A stretch of DNA of 64,000 nt from an uncultured bacterium (GTDB taxonomy: Bacteria; Fidelibacterota; Marinisomatia; Marinisomatales; UBA1611), in NCBI GenBank assembly GCA_943788175.1, contig CALSPG010000005.1, positions 519,250 to 583,249 of the forward strand. Direction: 5' to 3'. How positions within the stretch are numbered: position 1 is the first letter of the stretch; each line of letters opens with the position of its first letter. The notes under the pieces are model-generated. The model saw nothing but the letters and a program-made list of their open reading frames with translations. It was not told the DNA's origin and did not search any database. Made by a program: the position numbers and the translations under genes. Shown piece after piece: positions 43,269 to 52,549 of the stretch.

Positions 43269-44825
43269 ATGATATATAAAGGTCATATAATTTGGGTTGA
43301 TGATGAAGTTCACCATCTAAAGCCTCATATAATGTTTTTGGAATCTAAGGGTTATAAGGTTTCGAGCGTGTCGAATGGAACTGATGCTGATAGCCTTAAT
43401 AAAAAAAATCGATATGATTTAGTCCTTTTGGACCAAAATATGCCTGGACTTGATGGTATTGAAACATTAAAAAAAATTAAATCGCATCGAGCATCTATAC
43501 CTGTGGTTATGATAACTAAATCTGAGGATGAATGGCTCATGGATGAAGCCATCTCTCAACAGATACAACAATTCTTGATAAAGCCTGTTAGTCCAAATCA
43601 AGTGTATATAGCCTGCAAGCAAATACTTGAAAAAAAAAGACTAATTCAAGATAAGACATCAGCTGATTATCTTCAAGATTTTCGAACGATAAATCAAGAT
43701 ATTGATTTTATATCATCACCTGATGCTTGGTGGACTCTTTATTTAAAACTAGTTAAATGGCAGATAAAATTTGAGGAGCATGCGGATTTGAATTTGCAAA
43801 ATATTTTAGCAGATCAAATGAAAACTTGTAATCAACTATTTACTAGATATATTGAAGAAAATTATGAACATTTAATTAAAGACAAAACTCAGTCATTATT
43901 TTCGCCAACAATTTTTGAAAAACATGCTAAGCCAATTTTGGAAAAAAAGAATAAGGTATGCATCATTATAATAGATTGCATGCGATGCGACCAATTCTTA
44001 TCTATTTATTCTCATCTTGAGTCTCTATTTAATATAGATATATCATATCATCTTTCATTACTTCCATCCGCAACGCCCTATTCAAGAAATGCGATATTTT
44101 CTGGGCTATATCCAGATGAGCTAATAAAACATTATCCAAAGCAAAGAGATTTATTCTTAAATAGTAGTCAGGGTCTAAATAAATATGAAAATGAACTTTT
44201 AATTGATCAACTCTCAAGGCTAAAAATGGAAGACAAAAAAGTACATTACCATAAAATCTGGGCATTAGAAGAGGGCAAGAGATTTAGTAAAAAAATAAAA
44301 AACTTCTTAGATAAAGACGTCCTCGCATTAGTAGTTAATTTTGTAGATATGTTAGCACACGATAGCTCTAAAATGGAAGTCTTAAAAGAAATTATTCCTG
44401 ATGAACTGGCATATAGGAACACTGTGAAGTCCTGGGTGAAAAACTCATGGTTCAATGATGTTTTGAAGCAACTTAGTGATAGTAATTTTGAAGTTATCAT
44501 CACAAGTGACCATGGCAGTGTGAAAGTCAATAGAGATGTTATGGTTTCTGCAGATAAGGATGCATCAAGTGGTGTTAGGTACAAATACGGGCGGAATTTG
44601 AATACAAGAAATAAAAATGTAATAAAAATTGATGAACCTCAGAAATACCGATTGCCAGCTTTTGGCCCACAGTTTAATTATCTCATTGCAAAAAATGATT
44701 CTTACTTTCTTTATCCTAATGATGCTAATAAATATAAAAACAAATTATTAGATTCATTTCAGCACGGGGGTGTGTCTATGGAAGAAATGTTAGTACCTGT
44801 GATAAAAATGAAAGGAGTTAAATAG
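43269..44825 (+). CDS. porX: PorX-like response regulator with PglZ (alkaline phosphatase superfamily) domain
   Basis: REC WVDDE, LLDQNMPG, MITKSE; PglZ IIDCMR, LPSATPYSRNAIFSG, VDMLAH, TSDHG, FQHGG; 518 aa; followed by tsaE as in Bacteroidota. Confidence 0.9.
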   Translation: MIYKGHIIWVDDEVHHLKPHIMFLESKGYKVSSVSNGTDADSLNKKNRYDLVLLDQNMPGLDGIETLKKIKSHRASIPVVMITKSEDEWLMDEAISQQIQQFLIKPVSPNQVYIACKQILEKKRLIQDKTSADYLQDFRTINQDIDFISSPDAWWTLYLKLVKWQIKFEEHADLNLQNILADQMKTCNQLFTRYIEENYEHLIKDKTQSLFSPTIFEKHAKPILEKKNKVCIIIIDCMRCDQFLSIYSHLESLFNIDISYHLSLLPSATPYSRNAIFSGLYPDELIKHYPKQRDLFLNSSQGLNKYENELLIDQLSRLKMEDKKVHYHKIWALEEGKRFSKKIKNFLDKDVLALVVNFVDMLAHDSSKMEVLKEIIPDELAYRNTVKSWVKNSWFNDVLKQLSDSNFEVIITSDHGSVKVNRDVMVSADKDASSGVRYKYGRNLNTRNKNVIKIDEPQKYRLPAFGPQFNYLIAKNDSYFLYPNDANKYKNKLLDSFQHGGVSMEEMLVPVIKMKGVK

Positions 44826-44826
44826 T

Positions 44827-45255
44827 ATGGTGTTTGAATCTAACTCTGTGAATGAAACGAAAGACTTTGCTAGTAAATTTTCAAAAAAAATTAACTCAGG
44901 AAAAATAATTGCTTTAAATGGAGATTTGGGAGCGGGTAAGACAACATTTGCACAGGGTTTTGCGATTGGGATGGGCATTGAAGAGCATGTTGGATCTCCT
45001 ACTTTCAAACTAGTAAGTGAATATCAGGGAAATAGAATGAAGCTCTATCACGTTGATTGTTACAGGTTAAATGGAGTTGATGATTTTCTTAATATGGGTG
45101 GAGAAAATCTTTTACTGCCTTTTGACGGTATATCTTTATTTGAATGGTCTAGCATTATTTCAGATGTTTTACCAAACAATATAATTCGGGTTGATTTCCG
45201 TAGGTTCAAAGGTTCTCCCGATCGTCGGCAGTTAACAATAGCTATGGATAATTAA
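44827..45255 (+). CDS. tsaE: tRNA t6A biosynthesis ATPase TsaE
   Basis: GDLGAGKTTF, SPTF, LYHVDCYRL, EW. Confidence 0.95.
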   Translation: MVFESNSVNETKDFASKFSKKINSGKIIALNGDLGAGKTTFAQGFAIGMGIEEHVGSPTFKLVSEYQGNRMKLYHVDCYRLNGVDDFLNMGGENLLLPFDGISLFEWSSIISDVLPNNIIRVDFRRFKGSPDRRQLTIAMDN

Positions 45256-45259
45256 GAAA

Positions 45260-45913
45260 ATGAACGATGTGAAAAATATTATAGCAGTTGAAACTTCATC
45301 TGATATATGTGGTGTCTCTTTTATTTCAAATGGAATATGTTTAAAAACTATCCAAGAAAAAAGTGAAAGAAAACATATTGAAAAAATTCCTCTTTTTTAT
45401 AAAAGCCTTCAGAAGAAGATAGGCTTTGAATTATCTGATATAAGTGCAATAGCTGTTAGTATTGGGCCTGGTTCGTTTACTGGTCTTAGAATAGGTTTGA
45501 GTTTTTCAAAGGGACTGGCGTTCTCAAATAATTTACCGATGATACCTGTTTCAACAATGATGTCCTTAGCCTTCTCTTGTAAAAGTAAAAAACCAGATGT
45601 GGGAATCATTCATTCTCATGGAGAAAAAATATTTTGCCAAAAGATAGATTGGAAATCCAACTTACCAGAGCCAGCAGATGAAATTAGAGCCATGACTTGG
45701 AGTGATTTTTTAGCTGAATATGATAGATCTAAAAAAACTTTTCAAAAAAATTGCGATGAGCTTTTAACTACAGAGGATTTAATTTCGGCTGAGCTATCTT
45801 CAGAGAACGTTGGGGTTTTAGCAAATTTTAAATTTGATGACCTTGTAATAAGAGAACCTCATAATCTAGTTTCTAATTATGTCTCTCCGTTCACAATTAA
45901 TAAAAATAAATGA
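45260..45913 (+). CDS. tsaB: tRNA t6A biosynthesis protein TsaB
   Basis: IAVETSS, AVSIGPGSFTGLRIG, KGLA. Confidence 0.93.
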   Translation: MNDVKNIIAVETSSDICGVSFISNGICLKTIQEKSERKHIEKIPLFYKSLQKKIGFELSDISAIAVSIGPGSFTGLRIGLSFSKGLAFSNNLPMIPVSTMMSLAFSCKSKKPDVGIIHSHGEKIFCQKIDWKSNLPEPADEIRAMTWSDFLAEYDRSKKTFQKNCDELLTTEDLISAELSSENVGVLANFKFDDLVIREPHNLVSNYVSPFTINKNK

Positions 45914-46341
45914 CTTTAAGAAGTGGACATATTTCTGATTTAGAAAATATAGTGAAAATTGAAAATCAAGTTTACAAAAAACCCTATTGGTCTGCAAAAA
46001 TGTTTGAGAAACTCCTAATTGATAATTCGAATGAAAGTATCTGGGTATATGAAAAGGATTCCTCTATTTTTGGTTTTATTATTGATTTGCGGTTTGATGA
46101 TGAAATTAATATCTTAAATATTGCAATTGATAAGTTCCATCAAAAAAGAGGCCATGGTTCAAATATGCTTTTGGATTATTTAAGAATTTTTCCTGAAAAA
46201 AGTACTATTTTCTTAGAGGTAAATGAAAATAATAATAATGCCATTAGTATTTATAAAAAGCATTGCTTTAAAAAAATAAATAAGCGTAAATCGTATTATA
46301 AAGATGGCTCAGATGCCATTATAATGAAATTAGTAAAGTGA
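45910..46341 (+). CDS. rimI: RimI-like GNAT acetyltransferase
   Basis: ILNIAI..QKRGHG, FLEV..N..AI..Y..RKSYY..DAIIM; follows tsaB. Confidence 0.85.
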   Translation: MTLRSGHISDLENIVKIENQVYKKPYWSAKMFEKLLIDNSNESIWVYEKDSSIFGFIIDLRFDDEINILNIAIDKFHQKRGHGSNMLLDYLRIFPEKSTIFLEVNENNNNAISIYKKHCFKKINKRKSYYKDGSDAIIMKLVK

Positions 46342-46345
46342 TTGA

Positions 46346-47188
46346 GTGTCTATGGATTGGTTCAAAAGAAAAGATAAAAAAATTAAAGAAAAAATTAAAA
46401 AGTCTATTCCTGATGGATTATGGGAAAAGTGTCCATCATGTAAAGAAATTTTATTTAAGCCAGAATTAGATAAAAATCTAGCTGTTTGCAGACATTGCTC
46501 ACACCATTTTAGAATGGATTTTAGAAAATATTTAGATTTAATTATTGATGAAGGTTCATCTAAAAGATTATTTGAAAATATAAAGTCATCAAATTTCTTA
46601 AATTTTGTAGGCAGGCGAAATTATGATGACCAATTAAACGATGCTTACAAAAAAAGGAGAAATACTGATTCAATTGAGATTTATTCTGGCAGTATCAAAA
46701 GTAAATCTGTGATTATTGGTATAATGAATTTTGGATTTATCGGAGGAAGTATGGGGTCTGCATTAGGTGAATTAATTTCACTAGCAATAGTCCAAGCTAG
46801 AAAAGATAAAAAACCATTGATTCTAGTTTGTAAATCTGGAGGTGCTAGAATGCAAGAAGGTGCAATATCTTTAATGCAATTAGCGAAAATAAGTACTCAA
46901 TTAGCAAAGTTTTCAAACTCAGGAGGCTTATATATTACGGTTCTTACTGACCCTACAACAGGTGGTGTTACAGCAAGTTATGGTATGCTAGGAGATATAA
47001 TTTTTGCAGAACCAGGTGCCCTTATAGGTTTTGCAGGACCTCGAGTCATCAAACAAACGATAGGTCAAGATCTGCCAGAGGGTTTTCAACGTTCAGAGTT
47101 TCTACTTGAAAAAGGTTTTATTGATAGAATTATCTCAAGGGATAAAATGAAAAATCAACTCTATAACATTATCGATTTACTAAATTGA
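46346..47188 (+). CDS. accD: Acetyl-CoA carboxylase carboxyltransferase beta subunit (start may be ATG 46352)
   Basis: PDGLWEKCPSC..VCRHC zinc finger, GGSMG, SGGARMQE, PTTGGVTAS, IGFAGPRVI. Confidence 0.97.
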   Translation: MSMDWFKRKDKKIKEKIKKSIPDGLWEKCPSCKEILFKPELDKNLAVCRHCSHHFRMDFRKYLDLIIDEGSSKRLFENIKSSNFLNFVGRRNYDDQLNDAYKKRRNTDSIEIYSGSIKSKSVIIGIMNFGFIGGSMGSALGELISLAIVQARKDKKPLILVCKSGGARMQEGAISLMQLAKISTQLAKFSNSGGLYITVLTDPTTGGVTASYGMLGDIIFAEPGALIGFAGPRVIKQTIGQDLPEGFQRSEFLLEKGFIDRIISRDKMKNQLYNIIDLLN

Positions 47189-47937
47189 ATATTTTAGTTA
47201 CAAATGATGATGGAATATATTCATCTGGTATATTTGCACTCTGGGAGGTAGCAAAGGAATTTGGGCAAGCATTTGTTGTTGCTCCAGCATCCCAAAAAAG
47301 TGCAGTTGGACATGGTATAACCATATCCAGACCTCTATTTATCAGCAGTATTAAACGAAGCAACGGGTTCGACGGATATGCTATTTCTGGATCTCCAGCA
47401 GATTGTGTCAAGGTCGGCATAAAGAGGGTATTACATAAAAAGCCTGACCTTATATTATCAGGTATTAACTTAGGTTCTAACCTTGGCAATGATATTATTT
47501 ATTCTGGGACTGTTGCTGGAGCATTAGAAGGCTCAATGCAGCATATTCCTTCTGTTTCTTTTAGCGTAGACTCTTTCGAGCCTAAAAGCTTTGAAACCTC
47601 AAAGTACGTTATTCGCGAAGCTATAAAGTTTTTACTTAAACAGAATATTCCAAAACAGGTTTCATTGAATGTTAACATACCAGACTGTAATCTAGATCAA
47701 TTAAATGGTCTAAAAATTACTTTGCAAGGGGGTAAGTATTTTGAAGATGATTTTAATTCTTATAAAGACCCCAAAGGCAATAGGTACTATTGGATTAAAG
47801 GTGAGACGGTTGATAATGACGATAGTTTTGATAGTGATTCATTTGCAGTAAAAAATAATTATGCGAGCATTACACCCATCAGTTTCAATATGTCTGATAA
47901 TAGAATATTTAAAAAGCTCAAAAAAACAATCAAGTAA
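47185..47937 (+). CDS. surE: 5'/3'-nucleotidase SurE
   Basis: ILVTNDDG, GSPADCV, SGINLG.N, YSGTVAGA. Confidence 0.97.
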   Translation: MNILVTNDDGIYSSGIFALWEVAKEFGQAFVVAPASQKSAVGHGITISRPLFISSIKRSNGFDGYAISGSPADCVKVGIKRVLHKKPDLILSGINLGSNLGNDIIYSGTVAGALEGSMQHIPSVSFSVDSFEPKSFETSKYVIREAIKFLLKQNIPKQVSLNVNIPDCNLDQLNGLKITLQGGKYFEDDFNSYKDPKGNRYYWIKGETVDNDDSFDSDSFAVKNNYASITPISFNMSDNRIFKKLKKTIK

Positions 47938-49487
47938 TGGACAATTTAAAAAAAAGAAGCGTTTTAATATTAGACTTTGGCTCTCAGTATACTCAATTAA
48001 TTGCTAGAAGAGTTAGAGAGAATTATGTTTTTTCTGAGGTGTTGCCACCAAATACAACATTAAAGACTATCATGCGTATAAATCCTAAAGCAATTATTTT
48101 ATCAGGCGGCCCATCTAGTGTTTTTTCAAAAAATGCTCCTATATTTGATAAAAATATCCTTAGTATGGATATTCCAATTTTAGGTATTTGTTATGGTCTA
48201 CAACTTCTTGTGCATCATAATGGTGGAAAAGTGACCTCAGGTTTAGGAGGAGAATATGGGTTTGCTGAAGTAACTTTCAGTCAGACATATGACATAACTA
48301 AAAACATGTCACCAAAATCAAAAGTATGGATGAGTCATATGGACCAAGTGACTTCTGTCCCCGAAAACTGGGAAGTAATATCGAAGAGTTCTAATGGTGT
48401 TATAGCTGCTTTAATAAATAAAGATCAATCAAGAATTGCGACACAATTTCATCCCGAAGTTTCTCATACCGAAGAAGGCAAGGCATTACTAAAAAACTTT
48501 CTTTTTAGTATTGCTAAATGTGAAAAAAACTGGACTCCAAATAATTTTATTGATGAACAAATTAAAAGAATTAATTCTGAAATTAAAAAAGATAATATCC
48601 TTGTCGGGGTAAGCGGCGGAGTTGATTCAACGGTTATGGCATGCATGATTAATAATGTTGTTGGAAAGAGATGCTATGCAGTATTAATTGACCATGGTTT
48701 ACTTCGTAAAGATGAAGCAAAACAATGTGTTGATTCTTTAAGAGATGGTCTTGGAATAAATATACATTTACATGATGAGTCAGAAATATTTTTTTCAAGG
48801 CTAAAAGGGGTAGTTGACCCAGAAAAAAAGAGAAAAATCATTGGAGATCAGTTTATTCAATCTTTTGATCGTATTGCTGATGAGATAGGTGAATACAAAT
48901 TTTTAGGGCAAGGTACTTTGTACCCTGACCTAATTGAAAGTGGTGTAAGTGCTGGTAATTCTTCGCATTTGATTAAAAGTCATCATAATGTAGGAGGATT
49001 ACCAAAAAATTTACAGTTCAAACTTATAGAGCCATTAAAAGACCTGTTTAAAGATGAAGTAAGGGCCGTTGGTAAAGAGCTTCATATACCAAATGAGCTC
49101 ATAAACAGACATCCTTTTCCAGGGCCTGGGTTAGGAGTAAGAATTATAGGCGAAATCACAAGAGAAAGGGTTTCAATCCTCCAAAATGCAGATTCTATTT
49201 TCATTCAAATATTGAAAGACACCGGTGAATATGAAAATATATGGCAGGCTTTTGCAGTTTTAATTCCTGTTAAGACCGTTGGCGTCATGGGTGATCAAAG
49301 AACATACGAAAACCTTGTAGCATTACGAGCCGTGACTAGTGTTGATGGGATGACAGCTGATTGGTATAAAATGCCTTATGAAATTTTATCTTTAGTCTCT
49401 AACCAAATAGTGAATAATGTTAGTGGAGTTAATCGTGTTGTCTATGATATTACTTCAAAACCTCCTGGTACAATAGAGTGGGAGTAG
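47937..49487 (+). CDS. guaA: GMP synthase
   Basis: LDFGSQYTQLIARR, GICYG, QFHPEV, SGGVDS, IKSHHNVGG, SKPPGTIEWE. Confidence 0.99.
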   Translation: MDNLKKRSVLILDFGSQYTQLIARRVRENYVFSEVLPPNTTLKTIMRINPKAIILSGGPSSVFSKNAPIFDKNILSMDIPILGICYGLQLLVHHNGGKVTSGLGGEYGFAEVTFSQTYDITKNMSPKSKVWMSHMDQVTSVPENWEVISKSSNGVIAALINKDQSRIATQFHPEVSHTEEGKALLKNFLFSIAKCEKNWTPNNFIDEQIKRINSEIKKDNILVGVSGGVDSTVMACMINNVVGKRCYAVLIDHGLLRKDEAKQCVDSLRDGLGINIHLHDESEIFFSRLKGVVDPEKKRKIIGDQFIQSFDRIADEIGEYKFLGQGTLYPDLIESGVSAGNSSHLIKSHHNVGGLPKNLQFKLIEPLKDLFKDEVRAVGKELHIPNELINRHPFPGPGLGVRIIGEITRERVSILQNADSIFIQILKDTGEYENIWQAFAVLIPVKTVGVMGDQRTYENLVALRAVTSVDGMTADWYKMPYEILSLVSNQIVNNVSGVNRVVYDITSKPPGTIEWE

Positions 49488-49619
49488 CATTAAGTATCTC
49501 AAAAAGATGCTGACTATTGTCCTAGAGACAATTATACTTAAATATAAAAGTTGTGTTTTGGTTGATGATTATTGTTATATATTGTTTATAATAAAAATTT
49601 TTAAGAATTAGAGGGACAA

Positions 49620-49796
49620 TTGAAGGTAGATGAATCAATTATAAATGCTTTAATAGAAAAAATGGCAGTTGGTAAGGATGAAAAGTATAAAGAATTTATA
49701 AAAAAAATTCTCATTAATATGAGCAATGGTGATGAGTGGGATAACTTATCAAAATTAGATGAAATAAATAAAAAAATAAAAACTGATATTAAATGA
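49620..49796 (+). CDS. Small hypothetical protein (58 aa), absent from the ORF track
   Basis: TTG start after AGAGGG; MKVDESIINALIEKMAVGKDEKYKEFIKKILINMSNGDEWDNLSKLDEINKKIKTDIK; stops 24 nt before the next gene. Confidence 0.55.
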   Translation: MKVDESIINALIEKMAVGKDEKYKEFIKKILINMSNGDEWDNLSKLDEINKKIKTDIK

Positions 49797-49820
49797 TATG
49801 GCTCTTGATCAAAAAAAAAT

Positions 49821-51680
49821 ATGAACAGTCTTCAAATCATAATAAAAATTATATCCGTTTTATTAATATCTGGCGCCCTTTTTTCTGAGCAAATTCAACT
49901 CCAAACAGTTAAAACTGTTCCCAGTATAATATTTAATAATAATAATGTTGCTTACAAGTTAGATGAAGAAACTCCTTACACTGGAAAAATTTCTATCGTG
50001 ACTGAAAGTGGTGCGATTAAATCTGAAGGGCTTTTCAGAGATGGAATAAAAAGTGGATTATGGAAAGAGTTTTTTTCGTCTGGTCAAATTAAATCAAAAG
50101 GAATATATAGGAATGATATGAAGACTGGCGTCTGGGCGGATTGGTATAGTAATGAGCAAAAACAATCTCAGACAATTTATAGGAATGGTAAAAAAAACGG
50201 TAAAGAAATTACTTGGTACAAAAGTGGTATAAAAAAAACTGAGATAAATTACAAAAGTAATAAAAAAGAAGGACTCAATAGATTTTGGTATGAAAATGGT
50301 AGGAAAAAAAGTGAAGGTAGCTATCTTGATGGATTCAAGGATGGTAAACTAACAGAATGGTATGAAAGCGGTAAAATTTATAAAGAGCAAAATTATGCTA
50401 TAGGGAAAAAACATGGACTCATGTTTAGTTGGTATGAAAGTGGTTCAAAAAAAGAGCAACAATATTTTACTAAAGGTTTAATTAATGGCATTCATCTAGA
50501 ATGGTTCGAAAATGGGCAAAAGAAGTTAGAAGGAAATTATATTAATGATAAGTATGATGGTTTCTGGAAACAGTGGTTTTCAAATGGGCAAAAGTTTATA
50601 GAAGGTAAATATGATGAAGATATGCTGGTAGGTTCATGGAATCAATGGTATAAAAATGGTAATAAATATTCTTCAGGTTTTTATGAAGATAGCAAACAAG
50701 TTAAAACCTGGATTTATTTTTCTCCAAATGGTTCTGATAGTTCTAAAATGTTATATGCTGATGGTAATCCTATATTAGGTTCAAAAGTGGAGTGGTACAG
50801 AGGAGGCGAAAAAGAATCTGAAATCAACTATAAAAATGGCCAAATTACTGGGCCTGTCACTTATTGGTATAAAAATGGGAATAAAAAGCTTGTGGAAAAT
50901 TATACAAATAATCTTTTAAATGGCTCTTCAATAAAATGGAGTGAAAAGGGCAAAAAGAAATCAAAGCAAAATTATATAGATGGGAGATTAAAAATAGACA
51001 AAAGATATGTTTATTATAAAGAAGGGCAGATTGATTCAACGCTTGAATTTAAATATGATAATAGTAATAATATTGTTAATAAAATAATTACAAAATGGTC
51101 ACGAAGTGGAAAGTTGCTTTCCAAATTAAATAATGGAAGTATTTGGAAGGGTGAAGTCATCGAGTGGTGGGATGAGAATTTGAAAATAAAGAAACAATTA
51201 GTTACATATGTTGATGGTAAGAAATATGGGCGCTTTAAAAGTTGGTTTAAAAATAAAAAAATAAGTAGTGATGGGTTTTATAAGAATGATTTAATGAACG
51301 GGAATTGGAAATTTTATTATCGTAATGGACAAATAAAAGCTGAAGGTGAGTTCATTGATAGTGATGGAAAAAATAAGAACAAATTAACAAACATTCCAAC
51401 GAACGGAAGAACTGGTAAGTGGGCTAGTTGGCATGAAGATGGCAGTAAATGGTCAAAGCTTTCTTTTTTGAATGGCAAAAAGCACGGGTTGCAGAAAAAT
51501 TGGTATGAGAACGGGCAGAAGGAATTAGAGGGAGAATATAATCAAGACATTCCTGTAAATAAGTGGTCTTGGTGGTATTTTGATGGTGCGCCAATGCAAG
51601 AAGGCGAATATAGCGAGGATGGTAACTTTCAAGGTCTATACTTTATAAACCCTCAGGTGCCAAATTTTTCATACCCTTAA
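49821..51680 (+). CDS. Exported MORN-variant (YwqK-like) repeat protein
   Basis: Signal peptide, then about twenty ~24-aa repeats G-x-W-x-x-W-Y-x-N-G-x-K-x-x-E-G-x-Y. Confidence 0.85.
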   Translation: MNSLQIIIKIISVLLISGALFSEQIQLQTVKTVPSIIFNNNNVAYKLDEETPYTGKISIVTESGAIKSEGLFRDGIKSGLWKEFFSSGQIKSKGIYRNDMKTGVWADWYSNEQKQSQTIYRNGKKNGKEITWYKSGIKKTEINYKSNKKEGLNRFWYENGRKKSEGSYLDGFKDGKLTEWYESGKIYKEQNYAIGKKHGLMFSWYESGSKKEQQYFTKGLINGIHLEWFENGQKKLEGNYINDKYDGFWKQWFSNGQKFIEGKYDEDMLVGSWNQWYKNGNKYSSGFYEDSKQVKTWIYFSPNGSDSSKMLYADGNPILGSKVEWYRGGEKESEINYKNGQITGPVTYWYKNGNKKLVENYTNNLLNGSSIKWSEKGKKKSKQNYIDGRLKIDKRYVYYKEGQIDSTLEFKYDNSNNIVNKIITKWSRSGKLLSKLNNGSIWKGEVIEWWDENLKIKKQLVTYVDGKKYGRFKSWFKNKKISSDGFYKNDLMNGNWKFYYRNGQIKAEGEFIDSDGKNKNKLTNIPTNGRTGKWASWHEDGSKWSKLSFLNGKKHGLQKNWYENGQKELEGEYNQDIPVNKWSWWYFDGAPMQEGEYSEDGNFQGLYFINPQVPNFSYP

Positions 51681-51693
51681 TTTTGAGATTAGT

Positions 51694-52167
51694 ATGTATG
51701 ATTTTTTAAAAACTATTTTGATTCTTTTTCTTTTCAAATTAAATATTTATGGATCAAGTGTTAAACCACTATTTATAAACAAAAATATGCAAATTAAAAT
51801 ATCTGAAATAGAAAAAAAGTATCAATCCTTAAAGAGAAGTATGTTCTCCCCCCAAAATGACAATCAAACTAATTATAATATTTATCTAGAATCTTTATCA
51901 ATATTAACTGAAGAGTTAAAAGAAGTTCGATCTATTGCTTTTGTTCAGGCCTATGATATAAAACTTGATCGAGAGTATTTAGATGAACTTTCAATTCTTG
52001 ACAAAAAATCAAAAAAGTTGATCAATGTAATTATTTCTTTAATAAATACATTCAAAGAATACAATCCTTCAATTCATAAAAAATCTTACCCTTTTGAATC
52101 TTATAGAAACAATATTCAAAACCATATTGATAAGGTAGGTATTTTTCATTGCTTACAATGTAATTAA
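51694..52167 (+). CDS. Hypothetical protein
   Basis: 157-aa ORF packed between neighbours in a very AT-rich stretch; hydrophobic N-terminus. Confidence 0.5.
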   Translation: MYDFLKTILILFLFKLNIYGSSVKPLFINKNMQIKISEIEKKYQSLKRSMFSPQNDNQTNYNIYLESLSILTEELKEVRSIAFVQAYDIKLDREYLDELSILDKKSKKLINVIISLINTFKEYNPSIHKKSYPFESYRNNIQNHIDKVGIFHCLQCN

Positions 52168-52202
52168 AAAAAATAAAAAATTTATTTTATGGAGATAGAT
52201 AT

Positions 52203-52541
52203 ATGTCAAAAAAAAAATTATATTTTGTAGTTATTGTTCAATTTTTTATAGTAAAAATAATGGCAGAGAATTCGTCCTATCTTGAGCTTGAAAAAAGAAT
52301 AGAAGTTCTTGAAAATCAGGTCTTAGAATTAAAAATAAAGGTCAATAAAAAATCTAGTATTATAAAATGGAAAGATTTGAAATTGGGTTTAAGCAAGAAT
52401 AAAATCCAAACTAGTTTTGGCCACCCAGATAGGAAAGGAAAATTTTCAAATGGAGAGGAGTTTTGGGGATTTCAAGATTATACATTAAAATTTGATAAAA
52501 ATGGAAAATTAAAAAATTGGTCTAAACCTTTTTTAAACTAA
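52203..52541 (+). CDS. Exported protein with coiled coil and SmpA/BamE-like domain
   Basis: RBS GGAG; LEKRIEVLENQVLEL heptads; LKLGLSKNKIQTSFGHPD..W..LKFDKNGKL. Confidence 0.55.
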   Translation: MSKKKLYFVVIVQFFIVKIMAENSSYLELEKRIEVLENQVLELKIKVNKKSSIIKWKDLKLGLSKNKIQTSFGHPDRKGKFSNGEEFWGFQDYTLKFDKNGKLKNWSKPFLN

Positions 52542-52549
52542 TTATCCTT

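Noticed and set aside
43269-44825. PglZ domain as part of a BREX defence system
   Set aside because: It is fused to an N-terminal receiver domain and precedes tsaE (PorX architecture); no brxC, pglX or brxL nearby
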